NCBI GenBank assembly: GCA_021782175.1
Contig: JAJXVL010000001.1
Span: 1-62,375 of the forward strand
Length of the DNA stretch: 62,375 nt
Direction of reading: 5' to 3'
Source: a bacterium
Lineage (GTDB): Bacteria; Patescibacteriota; Minisyncoccia; Phycocordibacterales; PALSA-1337
Shown: positions 36,872 to 46,894 of the stretch, piece after piece
Position numbering within the stretch: position 1 is the stretch's first letter
How the letters are laid out: each line of letters starts with the position of its first letter
Made by a program: the position numbers and the translations under genes
Notes under the pieces: model-generated
The model's database searches: none
Told to the model about the DNA's origin: nothing
The model's input: only the letters and a program-made list of their open reading frames with translations

Positions 36872-37144
36872 ATGTCAGTAGAATTCGAAAGTGATTTGGC
36901 GGGTCGTTCCTATCGACCAACATCAGTACCACCAAGTAAGCTGGAGACTATGGTGATCAAGATGGGCCTGGCCAAGGATCACAAATCAGCTCAAACGGTT
37001 TTTGCTGTTGTATCAGTGATTTGTCTCACGGCGGCAATTTATTTATTCTGGACTCAGAATAGTCCGGCTTCCCCCAGTGTTGGGCAGATATCAGCACCGG
37101 TAGTGGCACCTACAAACCAAGTCAAACCAGCCGTTAAGCCCTAA
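36872..37144 (+). CDS. Small single-TM hypothetical protein
   Basis: 90 aa with one TM helix (VFAVVSVICLTAAIYLFW). It is divergent from gltX. Confidence 0.4.
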   Translation: MSVEFESDLAGRSYRPTSVPPSKLETMVIKMGLAKDHKSAQTVFAVVSVICLTAAIYLFWTQNSPASPSVGQISAPVVAPTNQVKPAVKP

Positions 37145-37170
37145 GGATTCCAAAAAATTAGAAACAAAAA

Positions 37171-37193
37171 ACAGCCGTATGGCTGTTTTTTGT
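37171..37193. terminator. Bidirectional rho-independent terminator (ACAGCC-GTAT-GGCTGT with flanking A-run and T-run)
   Basis: The sequence was read directly. It lies between convergent ORFs. Confidence 0.75.
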
Positions 37194-37213
37194 TAACAGG
37201 AAGTGTTCGTTTT

Positions 37214-37720
37214 CTAGCCTTTGACACTAGCGCCAGCCGAAGCCGAAGCATGGAACATCTTCATGATAATATTGCCATTCTGATCCTTGAGCGGCAAATC
37301 AACAGAGACATCGAACTTCTTGTCGCCATTATCGCTATGCAACATGGCATAGTAGGCCTGACCGTCGATCATCGGCGAGGTCAAGATGACCTTGACCGGA
37401 TTGATGCCGGTACCGCTATAGGTCTCACCAATAATCGCGCCCGGCTGGCCCTTGTTGTCCTCATGGATGACTACCCAGCCTGGCTGGCTAAGTTGTACGG
37501 AAGAAACATAGACGACATTGCCCGGGTACTGATCGGCCATAATGATAGAGTTGACCGCACCGGCAGTAGCACCGGAGTCACCGGCCGCAGTCGTGTCCGA
37601 GGTAGTCGGCGCTTGCGAGGACTTCCCTCCCCAAGCCATGACACCGGCCACAACGAGCACAACGATCACGATCGCGGTGACTACCCACTGCCAAGTCTTG
37701 ATACCACTTTCTGGTTGCAT
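37214..37720 (-). CDS. Membrane-anchored extracytoplasmic hypothetical protein
   Basis: 168 aa with an N-terminal TM helix, a Thr/Ser/Ala linker and a beta-rich domain (PGWVVIHEDNKGQPG). Confidence 0.5.
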   Translation of the reverse strand: MQPESGIKTWQWVVTAIVIVVLVVAGVMAWGGKSSQAPTTSDTTAAGDSGATAGAVNSIIMADQYPGNVVYVSSVQLSQPGWVVIHEDNKGQPGAIIGETYSGTGINPVKVILTSPMIDGQAYYAMLHSDNGDKKFDVSVDLPLKDQNGNIIMKMFHASASAGASVKG

Positions 37721-37776
37721 TTTGTTAAGAATTTAAAAGGCTACTAATTACGACTTTGAGGATCATATTATAGCAC

Positions 37777-38913
37777 TTATTTTTCGTGTTCCAAGGCCAA
37801 GTCCAAGATGGCGTCGGCAATCAGTTGGGCGCTATCCAGCCTGGCAAAAGCCTTGGCTCGAGACCTCATGGTGTCGCTCAACACGGCCGAACTTTCGATA
37901 CGGTCAATTTCGGCTATCAAAATATGGGCGCGGAGGTTGTTTTCCTCGATAACCGAAGCAGCGCCAGTGGCGGCATAGGTCAAAGCATTGGTAGTTTGGT
38001 CATGAGAAATGCTCTGTGGTAGCGGAATGATGATTGACGGCAATCCCCAAGCGGCTATTTCGAAAATAGTCGAACCGGCGCGTGAGACGACGAGGTCAGC
38101 CGCGCCGGCGGCCATGCGCATAGTGAGATCATTCAAATAATCAAGAGGATGAAAACGGTTGGCGTGCGGGTGATCCTTGAGAATGATCTTGGCGGTTTCG
38201 TTGACTTCGGTGAAATTATCTCGACCAGTTTGCAGGATGATCTGGTAGCGATTCAGCAAATCCGGCAGGGCCTCTAGGAGAGTATCATTGATCTTGGCGG
38301 CGCCCTGTGAACCGCCGAGGAATAGGATGGTCGGCAATTCTGGCTCCAGTTGCAAGAATTCATGAGCGCCATTTTTGATCGGGGCGGCAATGGCTGGCCT
38401 GATGGGATTGCCGGTAAAGGCGATGCGTTCTCGGCTCTTGGGTCCAAAGGAATGAGCTGCTTCCGGATAAGACACCGCGATGCGTTTGGCGAATTTACCG
38501 GCCCAGGCGTTGACTTTGCCTGGATGTGAATCAGATTCATGGATAATCACCGGTATTCGCAGAACCTTGGCCGCAAACAAAGCCGGAAAACTAGCGTAGC
38601 CGCCTTTACCGAAGACCACATCCGGATAGATCGAATAAATAGTGATAATGGCTTTGAAACAGCCATATGCTGTCTTGAAGGCATCCATGAAATTACGCAC
38701 TGAGAAATAGCGGCGGATTTTGCCGGCAGGGACAGGAATAAATTTTACTTCGTTGTCGAAGAGTGCCCGAGCATTGTATGGCGTGGGCGACATGAAGTAG
38801 AGCTGTGGCGGAATAATCTTGCGCTCCTTGACTCTTTCGCGCAAAGACATAATCACGGCAATGATTGGATAGAAGTGTCCGCCAGTGCCGCCGCCGGTAA
38901 ATAAGATTTTCAT
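37777..38913 (-). CDS. murG: UDP-N-acetylglucosamine--N-acetylmuramyl-(pentapeptide) pyrophosphoryl-undecaprenol GlcNAc transferase MurG
   Basis: It has GGTGGHFYP at the N-terminus and GT28 architecture. Confidence 0.9.
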   Translation of the reverse strand: MKILFTGGGTGGHFYPIIAVIMSLRERVKERKIIPPQLYFMSPTPYNARALFDNEVKFIPVPAGKIRRYFSVRNFMDAFKTAYGCFKAIITIYSIYPDVVFGKGGYASFPALFAAKVLRIPVIIHESDSHPGKVNAWAGKFAKRIAVSYPEAAHSFGPKSRERIAFTGNPIRPAIAAPIKNGAHEFLQLEPELPTILFLGGSQGAAKINDTLLEALPDLLNRYQIILQTGRDNFTEVNETAKIILKDHPHANRFHPLDYLNDLTMRMAAGAADLVVSRAGSTIFEIAAWGLPSIIIPLPQSISHDQTTNALTYAATGAASVIEENNLRAHILIAEIDRIESSAVLSDTMRSRAKAFARLDSAQLIADAILDLALEHEK

Positions 38914-38960
38914 GGTGATAAAGTTAATTCTAGCTTGAAAAAGAGCTGGCGAAAAGTGGT

Positions 38961-40070
38961 TTATTCCTGAATATTACGGCCGTATTTGGAAATGTTGGCC
39001 ACAATACCGGCAGCCATGAGGGTGATAATGAGTGCGGTACCGCCATGGGAAACGAAGAGGAGTGGCACACCGGAGACTGGCATGAGGCCGATCATAGCCG
39101 CAATGTTCAGAAAGGATTCGGCGGTAATCAGAGTGGCAATACCGATAGCGACCATGCCGCCAAAAACATCAGGTGCTCTAGTGCCTACCCGCAAAGCACT
39201 CAGGGCAAAAGCACAATAGAAAGCTAGGAGTAGTGAACCGCCGACAAAGCCAAATTCTTCGGCGGCGACGGCGAAGATAGAGTCATCGGTCGGTTGTGGC
39301 AAATAGCCGAATTTCTGCACACTCTGGCCGAAGCCGCGCCCCAACCAACCACCAGAGCCGATCGCAATCTTTGATTGGTTGATCTGATAACCGGAACCTT
39401 GGGTATTGGCCGAAGGATTGAAGAAGACTTTGACTCTTTCTAGGGCGTAGGGGCGTAGAGCGATCACACCGCCGACTACCACGAGACCGATCAAAGCGGC
39501 CAACAATACATGCCGCCAAGAAATTCCAGCAATGCCCAACATCACGATGCCGGTGCCGCCGATGATGACCAGGGTGTCAGTATCAGACTGAACCAAGAGA
39601 AGCGTACCCAAAATAGCCATGATGATGATATATGGCAGGAGGCCATAGCGGAAGCTCTTGATATGATCCTTGGCAAAATAAATCCAAGCCGCCAGATAAA
39701 CAATAAAGGCGATTTTGAGAAACTCTGATGGCTGGAATGATAAGGCGCCAATATTGATCCAACGTGAAGCGCCGTTGTAGTGGAGAGTTAGAGCCGGAAT
39801 GAAAAGTAGCAAGTTGATGAAAAGCGCGCCCAGCATGATGAAAAGAGCCCATTTGCGCCAATGAGTATATTTGATGCGGGAAAATGCCCAGAAGAAACCG
39901 ATACCTACCAAGAGTGAGATGGCTTGCTTCATCGCCACGGTACCGAAGCTGGCGCCATTCTGGGCGATCAGACCCATCGAAGCTGACAAGAATATGACGA
40001 AGCCGGCTGCTGACAAGAGAACCGTAGAAACAAGGAAGAAACGATCAATCGGTTTGGTAGGCGAAGACAT
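38961..40070 (-). CDS. ftsW: SEDS-family peptidoglycan polymerase (FtsW/RodA)
   Basis: It is a ~10-TM protein with conserved QPSEFLK and DDSIFA-like motifs, adjacent to murG. Confidence 0.85.
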   Translation of the reverse strand: MSSPTKPIDRFFLVSTVLLSAAGFVIFLSASMGLIAQNGASFGTVAMKQAISLLVGIGFFWAFSRIKYTHWRKWALFIMLGALFINLLLFIPALTLHYNGASRWINIGALSFQPSEFLKIAFIVYLAAWIYFAKDHIKSFRYGLLPYIIIMAILGTLLLVQSDTDTLVIIGGTGIVMLGIAGISWRHVLLAALIGLVVVGGVIALRPYALERVKVFFNPSANTQGSGYQINQSKIAIGSGGWLGRGFGQSVQKFGYLPQPTDDSIFAVAAEEFGFVGGSLLLAFYCAFALSALRVGTRAPDVFGGMVAIGIATLITAESFLNIAAMIGLMPVSGVPLLFVSHGGTALIITLMAAGIVANISKYGRNIQE

Positions 40071-40071
40071 A

Positions 40072-40641
40072 TTATGGAGTTTGGGGTGGCTCCTCTTTTG
40101 CGGCCGGTGTGTCTTGCTTGAAGGTTTCTATGGCTTGGCGGACAGCCTCGTATTCCGGCAATTCGGTAATCTTCGACACTCCTAGGTGAGCCAGAAGAGC
40201 CAGAGTCGGCTTGTAGAGGTAACTGCGAGCATCAGCAGGGTTCTCTACCCTCTCGATCAGACCGCGAATGAGCAAAGCTCGCAAGATGAATTGTGAATTG
40301 ACGCCGCGAATATAGTCGATATCGGCGCGAGCAATCGGTCCTTGGTAGAGAATGATCGTCAATGTTTCGACACCAGCCTTGCCGATATCTCTGGTCAATT
40401 CTTCCTTGGCCAGAGTGGCTATGAAGTCAGATAAGGGTTTGGCGGTACCGAGCATAACTTCATCGTCAGTCTGGACGATAGTCAGACCGCGTCCTTGCAG
40501 AGCGTTTTCTAAGGCTGTTAAGCCTTGTTTGACACTGTCTGGATCGGTACCAAGCCAGGTAGCCAGTTTTTTGAGTGAGACTGGTTCAGCTTTCCAGAAA
40601 AGGATGGCTTCGATTTTGGCGGCGAGATCCATGTTTGGCAT
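40072..40641 (-). CDS. scpB: Segregation and condensation protein B
   Basis: It has a winged-helix tandem and ScpB-like IEAILFWKAEPVS and IRGVNSQFILRALLIRGLI segments. Confidence 0.85.
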   Translation of the reverse strand: MPNMDLAAKIEAILFWKAEPVSLKKLATWLGTDPDSVKQGLTALENALQGRGLTIVQTDDEVMLGTAKPLSDFIATLAKEELTRDIGKAGVETLTIILYQGPIARADIDYIRGVNSQFILRALLIRGLIERVENPADARSYLYKPTLALLAHLGVSKITELPEYEAVRQAIETFKQDTPAAKEEPPQTP

Positions 40642-40727
40642 TATAACAGAGTCCGGCTATCACCGTCAGGCGTTGACAACTACCGTGAAAGGTCTAGTAT
40701 CAGAGGTCGGAAAGGAGGAAACAAAAA

Positions 40728-40940
40728 ATGAAAAAGCTCAGGTTTTTCCTGCGACTGATGTCGGTCAAGGAAATCGACATCTGGGTTAAGGAGATTGACA
40801 CGGAGATTCATAGGCTGGAGAAATCGTCGGTGACCATACTGTCTTGTATGGACAAGCTGGTGCCACTTTATGTCTGGCACGACAAGCTTGTTGACAGGCG
40901 CAAGGAGCTGGTCAAGAAAGCTTCAGTTGCCGCCCGCTAA
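40728..40940 (+). CDS. Small basic hypothetical protein on the opposite strand between scpA and scpB
   Basis: It has a strong SD (AAGGAGG at 40712-40718, 9 nt before the ATG), a 70-aa ORF, and its own downstream hairpin + T-run. Confidence 0.5.
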   Translation: MKKLRFFLRLMSVKEIDIWVKEIDTEIHRLEKSSVTILSCMDKLVPLYVWHDKLVDRRKELVKKASVAAR

Positions 40941-40974
40941 TGGATTTCTTCAGACCCCGGACACAATTTTGCAA

Positions 40975-41006
40975 ACCGCCAAGGCAGCTTGGTGGTTTTT
41001 TATTTT
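40975..41006 (+). terminator. Rho-independent terminator (ACCGCCAAG-GCAG-CTTGGTGGT followed by TTTTTTATTTT)
   Basis: The sequence was read directly, downstream of the 40728 ORF. Confidence 0.7.
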
Positions 41007-41727
41007 AATATGTTGGCACGCCAACCTGTTTCGTTTCCATATCAATCTCCCCGAAATTGCTCTCTTGGCTGACTTGCAAAATACCCTGTTTGACCAGCTC
41101 AAGCATAGCCAAGAAACTGACGATGATGTGTACTTTTTCGCCTCGATGTTCAGCCGTGAACTGGCCGAAGCTCATGCGCAGTTCGCCGGTAATACGTTTG
41201 GTCAGGTTGCCGATCATTTCTTCCAGGCTCATGACTTTCTTGACGGTGACTTGCGGCAGTTTTTCCTTCTTGGGCAAACGATTGATCAGATCTTTCAGAG
41301 TGGAGAGAGCGCGTTCCAGAGTGAAGGCCGGGTCTGGCGCGAAGATCGGTTCGACAAAACAACTCTGACCTTGCGGAAAAATCACTTCCTGGCCAAAGAG
41401 TGCCTGGATGCTATGACTAGCTTCTTTGATCTTCTGATATATCTTCAAACGGGTCTCCAGGTCGTGAATGTCACCTTGTTCTTCGACCGTCAGGTTCAGA
41501 CTCGGTAGGAGTGATTTGGATTTGATAAGCAGAAGTGTGGAAGCGATCAAGATGAAATGGGCTGACTCCCCCATCGGTAAGTTTTCAAATTGTTTGCCGT
41601 GCGTGATGAAGTCGTCAGTAACCTTGGCGAGAGCGATATCGTTGATGAAAAGTTTGCGACTCTCGATCAATTCGAGCAAGAGATCCAGAGGACCATTGAA
41701 AGTTTCAGTTTTGACCGTGAAAGACAT
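41005..41727 (-). CDS. scpA: Segregation and condensation protein A
   Basis: 240 aa with the ScpA-like N-terminus FNGPLDLLLELIESRKL. Confidence 0.85.
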   Translation of the reverse strand: MSFTVKTETFNGPLDLLLELIESRKLFINDIALAKVTDDFITHGKQFENLPMGESAHFILIASTLLLIKSKSLLPSLNLTVEEQGDIHDLETRLKIYQKIKEASHSIQALFGQEVIFPQGQSCFVEPIFAPDPAFTLERALSTLKDLINRLPKKEKLPQVTVKKVMSLEEMIGNLTKRITGELRMSFGQFTAEHRGEKVHIIVSFLAMLELVKQGILQVSQESNFGEIDMETKQVGVPTY

Positions 41728-41728
41728 T

Positions 41729-42874
41729 TTAGAGAACGCCGATTTTCTTCTTCACTTCCTCCAATTTGGCTGAGGCTACAGTGTTGGCCTTGGTGGCTCC
41801 TTCGGCTAGGATCTGGCGTACTTTGGCTTCGTCTTGGGCTAGTTCGGCCCGGCGCTCACGCAAGGGCTTGATGAAGGCATCAATATCATCTATCAAGGCC
41901 TCTTTCAAGGCCTTGTATTTGCCCTTATTTGCCTCGTAGAGGGGCTTGAGCTCTGATTCGGGTCGGAATAACCGATGGATGGCGTAGACGTTCGTAGGCA
42001 CCTCTCCGCTCGAGTCGGTGACGATAGACATCACGGCTTTTTCGATCTCGGAACGCGTGGCAAAGAGTGGAATAGTGTTGTTGTAGCTCTTGGACATCTT
42101 CTGGCCGTCGGTACCAGGCACGATGCCGGTCGAGCCCAGAATGAGCGGCTCAGGCAACTTGAAGGTCTCACCAAAAGCGTTATTGAATTTCTGGGCAATA
42201 TCGCGGGCGTATTCCACATGCTGTTTCTGGTCCTGTCCGACCGGAACAACTTTAGTATCATAGAGTAATATATCTGCTGCCATTAAGACAGGATAATTAA
42301 ATGTCCCGACATTTATTGATTCAAGAACTTTTAGGGTTAGATTAAAAGAACTTTCAGCAGTATATTCTGGACTATTTATTTTTTCGTTAAACTCTTTCAG
42401 AGCTTTTTGTGCTAGTGGTGTTCTAGAAATTGCAGGCTTTTCACTATCTGGTAAATCCTTATTACTAATACCAGAATACCCCAATAAACCATATTTATTT
42501 TTTATATACTCTTCAATACCTTTGTCTCTACTTGCCTTAAAGGCGTGTGCTCTCATTAAGTACGGAACAGCTACAAGAGTGTCAAAAATCCAAGCCAACT
42601 CTGTATGTGCTGATACATCTGATTGTTTGAATATAGTTGCCTTCTTTGGATCCAAGCCGATCGCCAAATAATCTATGGCAAGATCAAGGGAGTGACGACG
42701 CATTTCCTCAGCGTTCTGTATTAGGTTCAGGGCATGGTAGTCGGCCAAGAAGAAATAACATTCGTAGTCGCCGGTGTTGAGCAGATCCACGAATTGCTTC
42801 ATGGCTCCGAAATAGTTGCCAATATGTGGTCGGCCGGTTGGTTTGACGCCAGAGAGGAGGATTTTCTTATTCAT
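41729..42874 (-). CDS. trpS: Tryptophanyl-tRNA synthetase with a ~55-aa internal insertion
   Basis: It has GRPHIGNYFG (HIGH-type), YPVLMAADILLY and KMSKS motifs. It is 381 aa, against roughly 330 aa for typical bacterial TrpRS. Confidence 0.88.
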   Translation of the reverse strand: MNKKILLSGVKPTGRPHIGNYFGAMKQFVDLLNTGDYECYFFLADYHALNLIQNAEEMRRHSLDLAIDYLAIGLDPKKATIFKQSDVSAHTELAWIFDTLVAVPYLMRAHAFKASRDKGIEEYIKNKYGLLGYSGISNKDLPDSEKPAISRTPLAQKALKEFNEKINSPEYTAESSFNLTLKVLESINVGTFNYPVLMAADILLYDTKVVPVGQDQKQHVEYARDIAQKFNNAFGETFKLPEPLILGSTGIVPGTDGQKMSKSYNNTIPLFATRSEIEKAVMSIVTDSSGEVPTNVYAIHRLFRPESELKPLYEANKGKYKALKEALIDDIDAFIKPLRERRAELAQDEAKVRQILAEGATKANTVASAKLEEVKKKIGVL

Positions 42875-42892
42875 GGCTAAATTGTAGCAAAT

Positions 42893-43804
42893 TTAAATAC
42901 CTTCTGCTTTGAGAGCCTCGACGAGCTTCTTGGCTTCCTTGGAGAGTTTCTTGGGCATGATGAGCTTGATGACAACTAGCAAATCGCCGCGTTTCTCGTG
43001 GGTACCGGTCAAGCCGCGACTCTCGTATGGCACACCCTTGCCGCGGACACGCAAAATGTCGCCTTGATTCGAACTCTCAGGGATCTTGAGCTCAATCGGT
43101 CCATCCAGTGTTTCCAGAGTCATAGTGCCGCCAGAGAGAGCGGTGCCTAGCTTGATGGCAAGCTCGGTGACCAAGTTGAAGCCTTCCTTGCGGATAGTCG
43201 GATGTTCCTGCACCCATAGCCTGACAATCAGATCACCACGACCACCCTGACCTTCCTCGCCTTTTTCCTTGAGGCGCAAACCTTGGCCACTCTCCACCCC
43301 CGGCGGAATCTTCACCGAGAGATGCTCCTTGTTGATGGCCAGATCTTTCTCGGTGCCAAAAATAGATTCCTTGAAGGTGAGCTCCAGGTCAACGGTGATG
43401 TTGCGACCGCGGCGTGGTCGTCGACCGCCGCCGAAGAATTCTCCGAAGAGATCGCCCAGATCGAACTCGACGCCGCCCTGGTTGAAGTTGAAGCCGCCGC
43501 CCTGCTGGAATTGCGAGAAGTCGAAGCCGCCAAAACCGGCGCCTTGATTGAAGCCATTGAAGCCGCCCTGGCCGCCCGGATTGAATCCCGGTCCAGCCTG
43601 GCCGAACATATCGTATTGTTTGCGCTTGTTATCGTCGGACAAGACCGAATAAGCCTCACTGGCTTCCTTGAATTTCTGAGCCGAGGTCGGGTCGTTTTTG
43701 GTTTTGTCGGGGTGATGTTCGTGCGCTAGTTTCCGGAAGGCTTTCTTGATCTCTTCCTTGGAAGCGCCCTTATCGACACCGAGAGTTTTGTAGTAGTCTT
43801 TCAT
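42893..43804 (-). CDS. dnaJ: J-domain co-chaperone (DnaJ/CbpA type) lacking the Cys-rich zinc-finger region
   Basis: It has a J domain with HPD and a G/F-rich linker. There are no Cys residues anywhere in the 303 aa. Confidence 0.85.
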   Translation of the reverse strand: MKDYYKTLGVDKGASKEEIKKAFRKLAHEHHPDKTKNDPTSAQKFKEASEAYSVLSDDNKRKQYDMFGQAGPGFNPGGQGGFNGFNQGAGFGGFDFSQFQQGGGFNFNQGGVEFDLGDLFGEFFGGGRRPRRGRNITVDLELTFKESIFGTEKDLAINKEHLSVKIPPGVESGQGLRLKEKGEEGQGGRGDLIVRLWVQEHPTIRKEGFNLVTELAIKLGTALSGGTMTLETLDGPIELKIPESSNQGDILRVRGKGVPYESRGLTGTHEKRGDLLVVIKLIMPKKLSKEAKKLVEALKAEGI

Positions 43805-43867
43805 GTTTTTGATGCTCCATGATAAGCCTCGGTACGGTCACCGAGGCCTACATAGAGCAGTTCGCTC

Positions 43868-45775
43868 TTAATTCTTCTCTTTGAACTCAGCATCCTTCAC
43901 GTTGTCAGCACCACCTTCTGGTGGTTTCTGATCATTCGCTTGGGCGCTGTTCGGAGCTCCGCCCGGCTGCTGCTGATTCATGAACTGGCCGATTTTCTGA
44001 ATCTCCGTAGAGAGAGCTTCGGTAGCCGTCTTGAGAGCAGTCTGATCTATCGGATTGGCATCCTTGGCGGTCTTGAGAGCGGCAATCTTGTCTTCGATAC
44101 CCTTCTTTAAGTCAGCAGGCACTTTGTCGCCGGCATCCTTGAGGGCTTTTTCGCTGGTATAGACGAGCTGTTCGGCAATATTCTTGGCCTCGATATCGGC
44201 GTGCTTGGCCTTGTCTTCGGCTTCATGCTGGGCCGCCTCGGCCTTCATGCGCTCGACTTCGTCCTTGGAGAGACCGCTCGAAGCCGTGATCTTGATCGAG
44301 TTGGCCTTGCCGGTAGCTTTGTCTTTGGCGGTCACATTCAAGATACCGTTGGCGTCCACATCGAAGGTCACTTCGATCTGCGGCATGCCGCGGGGAGACG
44401 GCGGAATACCATCCAAGATGAAGCGTCCGAGGGACTTGTTGTCAGCTGACAGGGCGCGCTCACCCTGAGTGATATGAATCTCCACGGAAGTCTGATTGTC
44501 AGCTGCAGTCGAAAAGATCTGACTGCGCTGAGTCGGTACGGTAGTGTTCTTCTCGATGAGCTTCGTGGCGACGCCGCCCATAGTCTCAATGCTGAGCGAG
44601 AGCGGGATCACATCGAGGAGGAGAACATCTTTGACTTCCCCGCCCAAGATACCACCCTGGATGGCGGCACCGACAGCCACGACTTCATCCGGATTGACGC
44701 CCATGTGCGGCTCTTTGCCGAAGAATGCTTTCACGGCATTTTGGAGAGCCGGCATGCGGGTTTGGCCGCCGACCATGACGACTTCGTTGATTTCACCGAC
44801 CTTGAAGGGTGAAGCTTCGATAGCGCGCTTGGTGATAGCCATGGCACGATCGATGAATTCACGGGTGAGTTCTTCGAGTTTGGCGCGAGTCAGGGTCACG
44901 AGCAAATGCTTCGGCCCGTCACTGCCGGAAGTGATGAACGGAATATTGATCTCCGTTTGCACGGCCGTCGAGAGTTCAATCTTGGCTTTTTCGGCAGCTT
45001 CATCCAGACGCTGGAGAGCTAGCGGGTCTTTGCGCAGGTCGATGGCGTTCTCTTTCAGGAACGATTCAGCCAGCCATTTGACGATCCCCGCATCGATATC
45101 GCGGCCACCGAGATGAGAGTCACCGTCAGTGGATTTTACTTCGACGACATCATCACCAACTTCGAGCACGGAGATGTCGAAAGTACCGCCACCAAAGTCG
45201 AAGACGGCGATCTTTTCGTTCTTCTTCTTGTTGAAGCCATAAGCGAGCGCGGCCGCGGTGGGTTCGTTGATAATGCGCTTCACATCGAGACCGGCAATTT
45301 TGCCGGCGTCCTTGGTGGCTTGGCGCTGAGAGTCGTTGAAGTAAGCCGGGACGGTGATGACTGCTTCAGTGATCTTCTCGCCGAGACGCGTCTCAGCATC
45401 AGTCTTGAGCTTGGTCAGGATCATGGCCGAGATTTCCTCCGGGCGGTACCATTTGCCGTCCATATTTACCTCGATGCCGCCATTTTCGGCCTTGCGCACT
45501 TCGAAAGGTACGTTCTTGATATCAGATTGCACACCGGGCTCGTCGAAGTTGTGGCCCATGAAGCGCTTGATCTGATAGATAGTATTTTTGGGATTGGTGA
45601 CGGCCTGGCGCTTGGCGAGGAGACCGACGAGACGTTCGCCCGTTTTGGACTGAGCAACGATCGAGGGTGTGGTACGAGCACCTTCGGCATTCTCGAGCAC
45701 GCGAGGTGTGCCAGCTTCCATGACAGCTACGGCTGAGAAGGTTGTACCGAGGTCGATTCCGATGATTTTGGACAT
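43868..45775 (-). CDS. dnaK: Molecular chaperone DnaK (Hsp70)
   Basis: It has GIDLGTTFS and DFGGGTFD motifs. 635 aa. Confidence 0.95.
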   Translation of the reverse strand: MSKIIGIDLGTTFSAVAVMEAGTPRVLENAEGARTTPSIVAQSKTGERLVGLLAKRQAVTNPKNTIYQIKRFMGHNFDEPGVQSDIKNVPFEVRKAENGGIEVNMDGKWYRPEEISAMILTKLKTDAETRLGEKITEAVITVPAYFNDSQRQATKDAGKIAGLDVKRIINEPTAAALAYGFNKKKNEKIAVFDFGGGTFDISVLEVGDDVVEVKSTDGDSHLGGRDIDAGIVKWLAESFLKENAIDLRKDPLALQRLDEAAEKAKIELSTAVQTEINIPFITSGSDGPKHLLVTLTRAKLEELTREFIDRAMAITKRAIEASPFKVGEINEVVMVGGQTRMPALQNAVKAFFGKEPHMGVNPDEVVAVGAAIQGGILGGEVKDVLLLDVIPLSLSIETMGGVATKLIEKNTTVPTQRSQIFSTAADNQTSVEIHITQGERALSADNKSLGRFILDGIPPSPRGMPQIEVTFDVDANGILNVTAKDKATGKANSIKITASSGLSKDEVERMKAEAAQHEAEDKAKHADIEAKNIAEQLVYTSEKALKDAGDKVPADLKKGIEDKIAALKTAKDANPIDQTALKTATEALSTEIQKIGQFMNQQQPGGAPNSAQANDQKPPEGGADNVKDAEFKEKN

Positions 45776-45869
45776 AATTTTGTGGGTTTAGTGAACTTTT
45801 TAAATCTTATGCACGAACAAAAACCCAAAATCAGCACCTTGATAACGGAGCCTGATTTTCGGGTGTTAA

Positions 45870-46214
45870 TTAAAAATTAGCCGGAGCGCGAGTCGGTTGG
45901 GTGGAGAGGAGAATATCGAGATCGAAATATGGCGAGACACAAGGAGCCACTGGTGCCCTGTAGGGAGTCTCAATCTCAGCTTGAACAGTCCAAGCTGGCA
46001 GACAAAGCACTACGCCAGACTCATGAGCTACCGCACCCGTGAGGGCTAAGGTCTGTTTGGGGAGTGGTTGGAGCGATACCAGGCGAGCTTTGACTTCCCC
46101 GCCGACGATCGCTACCAAGAAAACCGCCCGGAACTGTTGTCCGAAGCTGTCTGTGACTAGCTTCTCGACGAATTTTGAGCGGCACTCGATAATCATCTTT
46201 AGATTATAACTCAA
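45870..46214 (-). CDS. Hypothetical protein between grpE and dnaK
   Basis: A 114-aa ORF (possibly starting at MIIECRS, 46196). I recognise no family. Confidence 0.35.
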   Translation of the reverse strand: MSYNLKMIIECRSKFVEKLVTDSFGQQFRAVFLVAIVGGEVKARLVSLQPLPKQTLALTGAVAHESGVVLCLPAWTVQAEIETPYRAPVAPCVSPYFDLDILLSTQPTRAPANF

Positions 46215-46284
46215 TTATATGGATTATTCAATATCAGACAAAAGGCTCTACTCAGGAATACTTTTGCTTTTTAAGCCTGTTATT

Positions 46285-46845
46285 TTACTTCTTGAACTCG
46301 CCGACTTTGACTTTGGGCGGACGCAAATCTTTGCCGTTGAGTTTGTAGCCTTTTTGTACTACGGCCACAATCTTGTGGTTTTCTGATTCTTTGGCGACCG
46401 GAACATATTCGGCGGCTTCGTCGCGGTTATGGTCAAAAGTCTCACCGAGAGGATTTACTTCGATGAGGCCGGCATCAGCGAGAGACTTCTTGAGTTGGGC
46501 TTGAATGTATTCCACACCGACGCGCCAGTTTTTGTCGACTTTTTCCCAAGCTTCTTTGTTGCTCATAGCCAGATCAAAGCTTTCCAAAACCGGGATCAAG
46601 CTCTCGACGAGGCGTTCATTGGCAAACTTCACAAACTCGGCTCGATCAGCCTCATCGCGTTTGCGGGCATTGATGAGATCGGCTTTGGCTCTCTGCCAGC
46701 CGGTCAAGTACTCTAGTTTGTCAGCTTCACACTGTTTGAGTTTCTCGCGTAGCTTCTTCAGAGCCTCAGCGGTGTTTTCTTCGGCAATGACGCTATCATC
46801 GATTGAATCATGATCAATATCGTCTTCAGTATATTTGTGAGTCAT
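46285..46845 (-). CDS. grpE: Nucleotide exchange factor GrpE
   Basis: It has a coiled-coil N-terminus and a GrpE-like C-terminus (FDHNRDEAAEYVP...KGYKLNGKDLRPPKV). Confidence 0.88.
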   Translation of the reverse strand: MTHKYTEDDIDHDSIDDSVIAEENTAEALKKLREKLKQCEADKLEYLTGWQRAKADLINARKRDEADRAEFVKFANERLVESLIPVLESFDLAMSNKEAWEKVDKNWRVGVEYIQAQLKKSLADAGLIEVNPLGETFDHNRDEAAEYVPVAKESENHKIVAVVQKGYKLNGKDLRPPKVKVGEFKK

Positions 46846-46894
46846 ATGGCTAGAGTATAGCGGAGCGAATAAAACACGCAAGTCCTTGAAGGAA

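Noticed and set aside
42250-42650. An intein or mobile intron as the source of the trpS insertion.
   Set aside because: The frame is continuous. There are no Cys/Ser/Thr N-terminal and His-Asn C-terminal splice-junction residues or endonuclease motifs. The insert is only ~55 aa.
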